Shown: in pieces, positions 1-8,007 of the stretch | How positions within the stretch are numbered: position 1 is the first letter of the stretch | How the letters are laid out: each line of letters starts with the position of its first letter | Assembly (NCBI GenBank): GCA_043801585.1 | Contig: JAZDLX010000142.1 | Location: forward strand, 1-28,332 | Reading direction: 5' to 3' | Source of the DNA: a bacterium | GTDB taxonomy: Bacteria; Electryoneota; Electryoneia; Electryoneales; Electryoneaceae | Length of the DNA stretch: 28,332 bases | Notes under the pieces: generated by a model | What the model saw: only the letters and a program-made list of their open reading frames with translations | Told to the model about the DNA's origin: nothing | Database searches by the model: none | Made by a program: the position numbers and the translations under genes

Positions 1-360
1 ACCGAACAGCGTCCACCCCCACGGTCCGCGCATTACGGTGAGCACGATGGGCGTGTAGGTCCCGGCAATCAACAGGTAGATCGAGGAGTGGTCCATCAGT
101 TTGAAAAACACCTTCACCTTGGGATTCTGAAACGCGTGGTAGAGCGTCGAGGCGAGATAGAGCAGGATCAGCGATGAGCCGTAGATGCTGAAGGAGACCA
201 CTTTCCAGGGGTCGCCCCGTCTCACCGCGAACACGACGAGAATCACGAGTGCGGCAATGGCAAGCGCAGCACCGACTCCATGGGTGATGGCATTGGCGAT
301 CTCTTCGCCGAGGGTCTGCTTGCGGCGCCCGGTCTCAGGCGGCTTCGTTTTCCAGTTCAT
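1..360 (-). CDS. Hemolysin III / PAQR (TrhA-like) membrane protein, 3' end truncated by window edge
   Basis: Translated by hand from ATG at 360 (RBS AAGGAG upstream): MNWKTKPPETGRRKQTLGEEIANAITHGVG...LYLASTLYHAF...KLMDHSSIYLLIAGTYTP...GWTLFG. Contains the EExxNxxTH, STLYH and DHxxIYLLIAGTYTP motifs of the family. Not in the ORF track because it runs off the window. Confidence 0.93.
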   Translation of the reverse strand, partial: MNWKTKPPETGRRKQTLGEEIANAITHGVGAALAIAALVILVVFAVRRGDPWKVVSFSIYGSSLILLYLASTLYHAFQNPKVKVFFKLMDHSSIYLLIAGTYTPIVLTVMRGPWGWTLFG

Positions 361-406
361 GGGGCTCCTTGTGATCGGAAACTGTGGAATGTACGGCGCT
401 AAAGGA

Positions 407-533
407 GGGAGTTGAGTGACAGTTACCTAATTCCGTTACTGAGCTTTCTGCTTTGGATCCGACATGTGCAGGATAAAATGACTATCAAAAGTACGAAGTG
501 AATTCGGAATTAGGTAACTGTCACTCAACTCCC
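407..533. repeat. Perfect 29-bp inverted repeat (407-435 / 505-533, 69-bp spacer); each arm is an imperfect 27-bp palindrome (REP doublet / REPIN- or MITE-like)
   Basis: GGGAGTTGAGTGACAGTTACCTAATTCCG at 407-435 is the exact reverse complement of CGGAATTAGGTAACTGTCACTCAACTCCC at 505-533. Confidence 0.9.
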
Positions 534-1600
534 CCAACTTCCCCGAATAGTTTCAACACTTTCAATGCATGAAATGTCACCCACGGGCTCGGTTTTCCCT
601 TGACGTCCAGATCCGCCCACATCTTGCCGTTGAGGCCGCCAGTCAGCTTCCATTTGCCGTCTGCGCCGCGACTCGACAGCACCTGTTCAATTCCTTCGTC
701 GATGACAGAGTCCCGTTTGACCCCAGCTTCCCCAAGGACCAACAGCACTTCAATCAGGTCAGGATTGTATCCGTGCGGGAAACTGTATTTCAGCCAGCCG
801 GGTTTTTCCTTGCGCTGCTCCGCCAAACCCTTTTGCAGCCACCGTTGCTTTTCGCCGCGAACCCAGTTGGAGGGTTTCTTCCAGGTGTGGTCAAACCACC
901 GTTTCGACTCGACCGGCACGTACTTGTAGAGGCCGAATTTCTTCAACAATGCCGCGGCGTCACGAAGGAATTTTTTCTCCTGTGGCGTCCGATCTTTTTC
1001 CGCAACGACCAGCATCGCCTTCATCACCTCGGGGACCGCCATCACGCAGCCGGGGATCAGGGACAGTTCGATCGCCATACAACTGAAACCGTTCTCCGGA
1101 TCGAATGCATGGATGCACGTCGCTCGAGCGCCTTTTGCTACAGGGTGAAGTGCATAACCGGCATGAGTAAGGATGGTGGACATTCGAGATGTAAGGCAGG
1201 CGATGGGATGCATCCAGTAAAAACCTTCACTCCCGGAGTAACGCTCCGCCTCTCGCCCTTTCAACCCCGACAACGGACGTGCCCGTTCAATAAGAAATTC
1301 AGCGCCGCGCTGCATCACCGGATGATTGCCAGGCAGTCCGACTGCTACGAGATGAGCAAGCGACCAGCTTGGACCGCGATACTTCTGGTAAAAGTCCTTC
1401 GCCCAGACCGCTTCTCTCTCGAACGCCTTCAAAGTAGATTTCACCCAAGGCTGCTGAGAGATCCGTTCTCGCGCCTGCACCACCTCCGAATCGTTTTCGT
1501 CACGATCCAGCAATTCGACGAGCACCTTGGCGCGTAGCGCCGGGTCCCGAGGGTTCAGCAGCCACTCGCACAATTCACCGGTCAACGAAACGGATTCCAT
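521..1600 (-). CDS. Conserved hypothetical protein, probable terpenoid-cyclase/prenyltransferase-like alpha-alpha toroid fold
   Basis: ORF 521..1666; ATG at 1600 (MESVSL) preferred because AGAGG lies upstream. Motifs WLL..DP, YQKY.G..W.L, FP..Y..D.IE.L, ..DGKW and C-terminal GKPSPWVT..AL.VLK resemble prenyltransferase/squalene-oxidase-repeat hypothetical proteins. Function unknown. Confidence 0.65.
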   Translation of the reverse strand: MESVSLTGELCEWLLNPRDPALRAKVLVELLDRDENDSEVVQARERISQQPWVKSTLKAFEREAVWAKDFYQKYRGPSWSLAHLVAVGLPGNHPVMQRGAEFLIERARPLSGLKGREAERYSGSEGFYWMHPIACLTSRMSTILTHAGYALHPVAKGARATCIHAFDPENGFSCMAIELSLIPGCVMAVPEVMKAMLVVAEKDRTPQEKKFLRDAAALLKKFGLYKYVPVESKRWFDHTWKKPSNWVRGEKQRWLQKGLAEQRKEKPGWLKYSFPHGYNPDLIEVLLVLGEAGVKRDSVIDEGIEQVLSSRGADGKWKLTGGLNGKMWADLDVKGKPSPWVTFHALKVLKLFGEVGGVE

Positions 1601-1709
1601 GAACCATCCTCTGCTATGGAAGGGTTGCCCGGGATGTGGACCGAAGGTACATTTCCCGGATTTCACCGTTCAACCGCGTCATTGCTTGGGTGTTGCAGCA
1701 CCTTTGCCT

Positions 1710-1734
1710 GCCGGGTTCGGAGAACCCGGTCTAC
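1710..1734 (-). repeat. Single GTAG-type REP-like palindrome
   Basis: Minus strand reads GTAG-A-CCGGGTTC-TCC-GAACCCGG-C: a GTAG foot followed by a perfect 8-bp GC-rich stem in intergenic DNA. Only one copy is seen in the window. Confidence 0.5.
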
Positions 1735-1858
1735 GACTCCCGCCTGCCAAGGTGAAACCCTGGTCACGAATGGTTGGGATCGGGCCACTCTTCCGCCTGC
1801 CAGTACTCCGGCGAGTGATCAGGCCACAGGGTCTCTGTGATGCGCCACGCTGCCGGCT

Positions 1859-2806
1859 TTACAGAGACAGCCTTCCCGGTTCCTTCGGAAAGTGCGTCAC
1901 GTCTGCAATCCTCTTCCGTCCACAAACAAACCGCGTCATCCGCTCCATCCCGATCCCGAACCCTGCTGATGGCGGAAGACCCCGCGCCGCAAACTCCAGA
2001 TAGAGCCTGAAATCTTCAGGATCCAGGCCAGCCGCCTCGATCCTCCTCACAAGACGTTCGTAGGTATACTCTCGCTCTCCTCCCGATAGCGCCTCTCCGT
2101 ATCCCTCAGGATACAGCAGGTCCATGTCCACGAGCGTCCCCGGCCGCTCATCATCCTCCCGGTCATAGAACTCTCGCGATTCCAGTGCCATATCCACTAT
2201 CCAGATCGGTTCCTGGTGTTGCTGCGAAATAATCATCTCGAAGCTTCCGCCGTACCGATCGTATGCCTCACTGTACGGTATCCGCCGGAATGGTTTACCG
2301 GGCATGGCAAGCTTCCGCTTGAAATAGGTCAATTCCTTCGCGCACCGCTCTCTTACCTCCGACAGGATATGGATGACCAGATCCTCGCCCAGATCCATTA
2401 CCTCCTCTCTGTTCGCTTCTTTCACCTCCAAATCGAGTTGCGTGAACTCTGCCAGATGCCTGCCTGTGTCAGCCAGCTCAACGGGCTCCAACCGAATGTT
2501 CGGTGAAAAGGTGAAGATCTTGCGATGTCCCAGAAGAAGCATCTGCTTGTGAAGAATCATGCTTCTGGTGAGCTGATACCGCTGTTCATAGTACTCCACC
2601 TCCGCCTTTCCCGTCGCGTGACGAAGGGGATCGGTGACCGGCGACATAATCACGGGCAAGATCTCCGTGAAACCCTGCTGACGAAGAAAATCGCCCGCTG
2701 CTTTCAGTATCTCGCTTTGGACACGTAGAGCGTGCCGGAGTGGCTCCGACCTCAAGCGTTCATACTGTGTCTCCACAAAGGCATTCAGTTTCGGATTTTG
2801 CATCAT
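1859..2806 (-). CDS. Asparagine synthetase A, archaeal type (AsnRS/AspRS catalytic-core paralogue lacking the anticodon-binding domain)
   Basis: About 315 aa with class IIb aaRS motifs: GFTEILP, SPNIRLE...RHLAEFTQLDLE (motif 2), GEALSGGERE, PPSAGFGIGMERM..F (motif 3). No N-terminal OB fold. ATG at 2806 follows GGAG; the ORF extends to 2830. Confidence 0.88.
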   Translation of the reverse strand: MMQNPKLNAFVETQYERLRSEPLRHALRVQSEILKAAGDFLRQQGFTEILPVIMSPVTDPLRHATGKAEVEYYEQRYQLTRSMILHKQMLLLGHRKIFTFSPNIRLEPVELADTGRHLAEFTQLDLEVKEANREEVMDLGEDLVIHILSEVRERCAKELTYFKRKLAMPGKPFRRIPYSEAYDRYGGSFEMIISQQHQEPIWIVDMALESREFYDREDDERPGTLVDMDLLYPEGYGEALSGGEREYTYERLVRRIEAAGLDPEDFRLYLEFAARGLPPSAGFGIGMERMTRFVCGRKRIADVTHFPKEPGRLSL

Positions 2807-2992
2807 TTCTACTCCATTACGAATCAGCACTCAAACACTACTTCGATCGATCCGCAAAAGATGCGGAACATCGTTTTCAACCGCGTACAATAAGCCAGTA
2901 CTGCCGGTATTGCTCCACACATAATGTCATAATGTACATCTACGGACTGTTTCGATTTGATCTTTTCGACGCGTTTTGTTATGCGGATTTTG

Positions 2993-3080
2993 GAAAAGTA
3001 GTGACAGTAACTGCTTTTCGAAGCAAAGGCATTATCCATGCCATTTACACTGGAAAAGTAGTTACCGTCACTACTTTTTC
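2993..3080. repeat. Inverted doublet of 27-bp imperfect palindromes (2993-3019 / 3053-3079), related core to the 407-533 element
   Basis: GAAAAGTA-GTGACAGTAAC-TGCTTTTC and GAAAAGTA-GTTACCGTCAC-TACTTTTT. The second matches the reverse complement of the first at 24/27 positions, and the copies start exactly 60 bp apart. Confidence 0.85.
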
Positions 3081-3217
3081 CCCGGATCTAAAGTCCCGGG
3101 CCACCCACCGAACGAAAAAACATAGATTCTTCCCCGACGGATCGGGACAGGTACTTCGTTCAGAATGACTACCTGATAATAATATTTAAGGGCGGCAGGG
3201 ATCACATGCCTAAATAG

Positions 3218-3247
3218 ACAGCCCCGGCTCGACTGAGCCGGGGCTGT
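3218..3247 (-). terminator. Intrinsic terminator hairpin of groESL (possibly bidirectional)
   Basis: ACAGCCCCGGCTC-GACT-GAGCCGGGGCTGT, a perfect 13-bp stem 24 bp after the groEL stop. Followed by CTATTT on minus and GTTTT on plus. Confidence 0.85.
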
Positions 3248-3271
3248 GTTTTCCTGGAACGAATGGGAAGA

Positions 3272-4906
3272 TTAATACATGTCACCCATGCCACCACCGG
3301 GCATCGGGGCGGACGGAGGCGTTTCTTCCTTCGCCTCGTAGACCACGGCCTCAGTCATCACCAGGACGCTGGCGACGGAGGTGGCGTTCTCGAGGGCTGT
3401 GCGGGTAACCTTGGTCGGGTCGATCACACCGGTCTTCATCAGGTCTTCGTACTGGCCGGTCATGGCGTTGAAACCGTAACCACCCTTGCCGGTACGGACC
3501 TTGTCGACGACGACGGCACCTTCATAACCGGCGTTCTGCACGATCTGACGCAGCGGTTCCTCGATGGAGCGGAGGACGATCCTGCGGCCGGTGTCCTCGT
3601 CGGTGTTTTCAAAAGTTATCTTGTCGAGGGCCTGCTGGGCGCGGATCAGCGCCACACCACCGCCGGGAACGATGCCTTCCTCGACCGCGGCACGGGTCGC
3701 GTGAAGGGCGTCCTCAACTCGGGCTTTCTTCTCCTTCATCTCGACCTCGGTGGCAGCGCCGATATTCAGCACCGCGACGCCACCCGCCAGCTTCGCCAAA
3801 CGCTCCTGAAGCTTCTCGCGGTCGTAGTCGGAGGTGGTGGTATCGATCTGCTTCTTGATCTGCTCGATGCGGCCCTTGATCTCGTTCTTCTTCCCGCCGC
3901 CCTCGACGATGGTGGTGTTGTCCTTGTCGATGACGATGCGCTTCGCCTTGCCGAGGTCGGCGAACTGGGTGTTCTCCAGCTTCAGGCCGGCGTCCTCGCT
4001 GATCACACGTCCGCCGGTGAGCACCGCGATGTCTTCGAGCATCGCCTTGCGGCGGTCGCCGAAACCGGGAGCCTTGACCGCGGCGATCTTCAAGGTGCCG
4101 CGCAGTTTGTTAACAACGAGTGTCGCCATCGCTTCGCCTTCGATATCCTCGGCGATGACGAGCAGGCTGCGGCCCTGCTGGGCGACCTTCTCGAGCACCG
4201 GGAGCAGATCCTTCATGATGCTGATCTTCTTGTCGTAGATCAGGATCAGCGGCTCATCAAGGATAGCTTCCATGTTGTCGGGATTGGTGACGAAATAGGC
4301 GCTGACATAGCCGCGGTCGAACTGCATTCCCTCGACCACGTCCAACGTCGTCTCGATGCCCTTCGCCTCTTCGACGGTGATCACGCCGTCATTGCCGACC
4401 TTCTCCATTGCGTCGGCGATCAGATTGCCGATTTCGGAGTCGTTGTTCGCGGAGATGGCGCCAACCTGGGCAATGCGTTCCTTGCTGCCGCCCACAGTCA
4501 CCTTCATCTTGATCAGTTCCTTGATGACGATCTCGACAGCCTTGTCGATACCCCGTTTGAGCAGCAAGGGGTTTGCGCCCGCGACGACGTTGCGCAGACC
4601 TTCGGTCAGAATCGCCTGGGCGAGAATCGTGGCGGTGGTAGTGCCGTCACCTGCAATGTCGCTGGTCTTGCTGGCGACTTCACGGACGAGCTGAGCGCCC
4701 ATGTTCTCGATTGGATTTTCGAGTTCGATTTCCTTGGCGACGGTCACACCGTCCTTCGTTACTGTTGGTGCGCCGAATTTCTTGTCGATGACCACATTGC
4801 GGCCACGGGGACCGAGGGTCACCCTGACAGCCCTTGTGAGAATATCCACGCCGCGTTTGAGCCCGTTACGGGCTTCAAGATCGAACGCGATGACTTTGTG
4901 CGCCAT
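3272..4906 (-). CDS. groEL: Chaperonin GroEL (Cpn60)
   Basis: 544 aa with [60 protein letters not shown] and a GGMG tail. RBS GAGG. Confidence 0.99.
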   Translation of the reverse strand: MAHKVIAFDLEARNGLKRGVDILTRAVRVTLGPRGRNVVIDKKFGAPTVTKDGVTVAKEIELENPIENMGAQLVREVASKTSDIAGDGTTTATILAQAILTEGLRNVVAGANPLLLKRGIDKAVEIVIKELIKMKVTVGGSKERIAQVGAISANNDSEIGNLIADAMEKVGNDGVITVEEAKGIETTLDVVEGMQFDRGYVSAYFVTNPDNMEAILDEPLILIYDKKISIMKDLLPVLEKVAQQGRSLLVIAEDIEGEAMATLVVNKLRGTLKIAAVKAPGFGDRRKAMLEDIAVLTGGRVISEDAGLKLENTQFADLGKAKRIVIDKDNTTIVEGGGKKNEIKGRIEQIKKQIDTTTSDYDREKLQERLAKLAGGVAVLNIGAATEVEMKEKKARVEDALHATRAAVEEGIVPGGGVALIRAQQALDKITFENTDEDTGRRIVLRSIEEPLRQIVQNAGYEGAVVVDKVRTGKGGYGFNAMTGQYEDLMKTGVIDPTKVTRTALENATSVASVLVMTEAVVYEAKEETPPSAPMPGGGMGDMY

Positions 4907-4951
4907 GGTACGTTTTCCTCTTTGTTCTTACGTGAACGTTACGTGAACTGT

Positions 4952-5248
4952 TTACTTTTCGATGACGGCCAGGATGTCGTTGCGGCTGACCAGAAGCAGT
5001 TCTTCTCCGTCAACCTTCACTTCCGTACCGCCGTACTTGGCGAATAATACCTTACTGCCCACCTTGATAACCTTGCTGAGCGGTTTGCGCTCGTTGTCCT
5101 TGCTGATGACATCGTCCCCGATCGCAATCACTTTGCCGATCTGAGGCTTTTCGTGCGCTGTGTCCGGGATGATGATGCCGCCGGACGTTTTGGTTTCGCT
5201 CTCGACAACTTTCAGAAGGACACGCTCGTCAATTGGACGGATCTTCAT
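4952..5248 (-). CDS. groES: Co-chaperonin GroES (Cpn10)
   Basis: Start at ATG 5248 (MKIRPIDERVL..., AGGAGG RBS) rather than 5428. Motifs TSGGIIIPDTA.EKPQ.G.V.A.G and VLFAKYGGTEV; 98 aa. Confidence 0.98.
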   Translation of the reverse strand: MKIRPIDERVLLKVVESETKTSGGIIIPDTAHEKPQIGKVIAIGDDVISKDNERKPLSKVIKVGSKVLFAKYGGTEVKVDGEELLLVSRNDILAVIEK

Positions 5249-5414
5249 GCCTGACCTCCTTGTATGCGTGCAGCCAGACCCAAGTGCCGCGTTCCAGAAG
5301 TTTACGTTTATCCCGTCGCCAACGAACGCGGTTAAGCCGGCCACGAAGGATTCTTTTTTTTGATTGCGCAGCGACGGTTTAATGCACGTTTTTAAAAACA
5401 GAAAATTACGATCG

Positions 5415-5441
5415 TTAGCACTCACCATCGAGGAGTGCCAA
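5415..5441 (-). promoter_or_regulatory. CIRCE operator (HrcA binding site) upstream of groESL
   Basis: TTAGCACTC-accatcgag-GAGTGCCAA, one mismatch to the consensus TTAGCACTC-N9-GAGTGCTAA. hrcA is present in the window. Confidence 0.96.
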
Positions 5442-5449
5442 CGGGTCTA

Positions 5450-5478
5450 AAAATAGAACTCGGCGCCTGTGCAGTCAA
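5450..5478 (-). promoter_or_regulatory. Sigma70-type promoter of groESL
   Basis: Minus strand TTGACT (5478-5473), 17 bp, TATTTT (5455-5450), ending 8 bp before CIRCE, the usual arrangement. Confidence 0.75.
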
Positions 5479-5784
5479 GCTGTTATCCTATCCCCGTCTC
5501 GGGACGAGACCGGCAGCCGATCCACAATTCGTACATCCGGCGTACAAAGGTGATGAAATCAGCCAATACTCTGATCTGGGATGCCTGCAACGGGTGATGG
5601 TTCCGTGAACTCATCTTTCTCCTCGAGACCGGAGAACCCTTACCGTTTTCCAAGGTGCAGAACAGACACGAGTTACAATCCGCATTCCGGGTCGCACCAC
5701 CACGACGGACTCCCTATATTCCCGTTGTTCACATTGGCGCTTGTGAAATCAGAAATTGCATCCCAGGAATTCGAAAGGCTGTCA

Positions 5785-7866
5785 GTGAAGCGGGATTCAG
5801 AGACAAACACCCGTACCCGTCAGCGTTCTGCTGCTTTTACTGCTGCCGCAATCGCGCTGCTCCTGCTCTCCGCGACCGGGCAGGCGCAGACCCCGATCGG
5901 ACAGAAGACGAAACCGGGCGCCAGGACCATTGTCAAGTTCGCCGCCGATTCGACAAAGCAGCAGGGGCCGGCAAAGCGGCCCATCATCCTCGAATCTCCC
6001 GCTGTCGACAGCCTCGCCCTCGACTCCCTGACAGTGGATTCCCTCGCTCTCGACTCATTGGGTCTCGTGAGGGACACGGTGAAGGTCGTTACCATCGCCG
6101 CACTGGACACCGCCGCGCTCGATCCACCTGCTCCCTCTTCCCTCGAGTGGGGTCGAAAGTCGATGGATCCCCACGTTCCCTCGTCCCTCGGTGAAGCGCT
6201 GACGATGGCACCGGGTTTGTATCCGCGCAGCAGAAGCCTCTATGGACAGCCGTTCTACGCGCTCCCGCCCGGGGGAACCGGACGGGATGTTCTCGTCCTT
6301 TTTCACGGTCGCCCATTCAACGACCCGTTGACCGACGCTGCCAACATGACCGCCTTTGCGGAGGGCGAACTCGAAACGGCGTGGATCAGTCCATCCTTTT
6401 CCGGGGCGGGTCCCGCCTGGTCGGGCATGGAAATCCGGATCGATCCATGGCACACCTACCCGACAGTCCCTCGCACTCGAATCACTTATCGGCAGGGTCT
6501 GTACGGGTTGGGCACTGTGGACTGGAGAATCACGCAGGGCATCGGTCCAACATTTTCCTATCACATCGGGCTCAACGTCTCCGAGTACCGGGGCCGCTAC
6601 ACCAACACCGCAGCCAAAACAACCATCCTGAGGTCAGGGTTCAACACCCTGCTTGAAAACGTGGGATTGCTCAACATTCATTGGATGGAAAGCGACCTCA
6701 ACTGGCGTGAACCCTTCGAGCGTGGTTCCTCGTCGGACCGCCGGGATGACGTGGACATCGCTCTCGCCGGTGGACGGCGGCATCTCGGAAACTTCCGTGA
6801 AATGGCAGCCTGGTACGTTCGCTCACGGTCTGGATACCCGGGTGGAAACGAGGATGGTTACCGAATGGGTGTGCGGTTGCAATGGGAACCGCGGCCTGTC
6901 GAAACCCACCAATTTCTTTTGCGCGGTGACCTCGAGCAGACGGCTGCCCGTTACGAAGTCACCAGCGGAGGTGCGACTCCCGGGGGGAATCGGCTTGTCG
7001 CCGGCGCAACACTCGGAGACGAGATCCGCCTCGGTTACCTTGACCTGAAAGCCGTGTTGCGGAGCGAAGCAGAACAGCATATTTCCAGGAATGAAACCAT
7101 CCCCAAGCAGAGTCACGGCAGGATCGGCGGCGCGTTCAACGGCGCCTTCGGCGACTCGACAGGTCCAGCCCTGATGGGATCGATCTCCTCTTCGTGGCGC
7201 TGGCCGGCACTGGATGAAACCTTCGGATACTGGTCGCTCAACTCCCCCGGAAGGTTCATGGATCTGATCACCATCCCCGAAGGTGTCAGCAAGGTTTACG
7301 GGAACCCTTCCCTGGGACCCGTGGAAACGACCTGGATGGGCGGAGGAATCCGTTGGCGGCTACCGCGTGGGTTGGGCGCACAAGTGCAGGTTGGACGACG
7401 GACATGGAGTGGCCTGACAACCCTGCAGGAACATCTTTACAGCATCTATCTGCGAACCGTCCAGCCTGATCGATCTGGGATGGAGGTTACGGGTTCAGCG
7501 GAGCTTCCGCTCCCCGGTCCCTTCACCGTGAACGGTGCGTGGACCTGGACAGACACGTGGAAAGAGGGTGATCCCGCGCCCCAGACCTGGGGATGGTCCG
7601 CACTTCGATACGACAATACCTTCTACCATGAGCAGCTGCGAGTACGCGGATCAATCACCGCGCGGCATTATGGCGAGTACCGTGCGGCTGACCACCTGGA
7701 AAATGCCTCTACGCAGTTGGATCTCCTCCTCTCGATCCAGATTTTCAATTTCGAAGTGTACTACGGCAGCCGTAACGCCGGGAATGACATCTACAACTTC
7801 GCGGTCGGATATCCGGGAATGCATCGTGGCGAGGTCTGGGGAGTACGCTGGATTCTGCTGAATTAA
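5785..7866 (+). CDS. Outer-membrane beta-barrel protein with plug-like domain (TonB-dependent receptor-like / putative porin)
   Basis: ORF 5581..7866. GTG at 5785 gives a basic N-region plus hydrophobic signal peptide (AAAIALLLLSATGQA-QT). Plug-like segment (LGEALTMAPG...VLVLFHGRPFNDP), alternating amphipathic strands, C-terminal GVRWILLN. Start uncertain. Confidence 0.7.
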   Translation: MKRDSETNTRTRQRSAAFTAAAIALLLLSATGQAQTPIGQKTKPGARTIVKFAADSTKQQGPAKRPIILESPAVDSLALDSLTVDSLALDSLGLVRDTVKVVTIAALDTAALDPPAPSSLEWGRKSMDPHVPSSLGEALTMAPGLYPRSRSLYGQPFYALPPGGTGRDVLVLFHGRPFNDPLTDAANMTAFAEGELETAWISPSFSGAGPAWSGMEIRIDPWHTYPTVPRTRITYRQGLYGLGTVDWRITQGIGPTFSYHIGLNVSEYRGRYTNTAAKTTILRSGFNTLLENVGLLNIHWMESDLNWREPFERGSSSDRRDDVDIALAGGRRHLGNFREMAAWYVRSRSGYPGGNEDGYRMGVRLQWEPRPVETHQFLLRGDLEQTAARYEVTSGGATPGGNRLVAGATLGDEIRLGYLDLKAVLRSEAEQHISRNETIPKQSHGRIGGAFNGAFGDSTGPALMGSISSSWRWPALDETFGYWSLNSPGRFMDLITIPEGVSKVYGNPSLGPVETTWMGGGIRWRLPRGLGAQVQVGRRTWSGLTTLQEHLYSIYLRTVQPDRSGMEVTGSAELPLPGPFTVNGAWTWTDTWKEGDPAPQTWGWSALRYDNTFYHEQLRVRGSITARHYGEYRAADHLENASTQLDLLLSIQIFNFEVYYGSRNAGNDIYNFAVGYPGMHRGEVWGVRWILLN

Positions 7867-8007
7867 CGGAAGAGCGATGACGGAAGAGAGATGTTGATCG
7901 TGATGGTTTGGACCTACCGCCAGGTCGTCAGATCAGACACCGTACTCAGAATTTGTAATCCTGGCAAGTCACCGCATCGCTGATAATCCCTCCAGATCGG
8001 TGACATG

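Noticed and set aside
411..529. GTTRRRY (GTTGAGT) and RYYYAAC (ACTCAAC) boxes suggesting an integron attC site
   Set aside because: The boxes are in the wrong order for attC (RYYYAAC should come first), the arms pair perfectly with no extrahelical bases, and no integrase is present.
569..1537. 322-aa plus-strand ORF, and similar long antisense ORFs at 11401-12093, 20567-21322, 21478-22158 and 24823-25827
   Set aside because: Each lies opposite a well-supported gene and has shadow-ORF composition.
1770..1800. Minus-strand GGCGGAAGAGTGGCCCGAT resembling part of a SAM-I riboswitch
   Set aside because: The ATCxAGAG and GCAACC core elements are not in the required positions.
2824..2850. CIRCE-like half site TCAGCACTC upstream of Asn synthetase
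   Set aside because: No matching second half at 9-bp spacing.
2914..2941. CATAATGT tandem resembling a dif (XerCD) site
   Set aside because: Only TTATGT matches the XerD arm (6/11) and the XerC arm is poor. It may be a promoter or operator element, but this cannot be supported.
2993..3080. Possible mini-CRISPR (27-bp repeats, 33-bp spacer)
   Set aside because: Only two units, matching better as inverted than direct repeats, and no cas genes.
2740..3168. 142-aa ORF with repeated GKVVTVTxF, and 71-aa ORF 2824-3039
   Set aside because: The peptide repeat is just the translation of the DNA palindromes. The ORFs overlap the Asn synthetase start region and have no convincing RBS.
4928..4948. TTACGTGAAC tandem duplication between groES and groEL
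   Set aside because: Two short copies only, most likely slippage. No function can be supported.
3263..5047. 594-aa plus-strand ORF
   Set aside because: Antisense shadow of groEL/groES caused by strong codon bias. No recognisable motifs.
5249..5428. 60-aa N-terminal extension of GroES in the ORF track
   Set aside because: It starts inside the CIRCE element. The true start with AGGAGG is at 5248.
7866..7893. 14-bp imperfect tandem repeat ACGGAAGAG(C/A)GATG after the barrel gene
   Set aside because: Two copies, no structure, plausibly chance or slippage.
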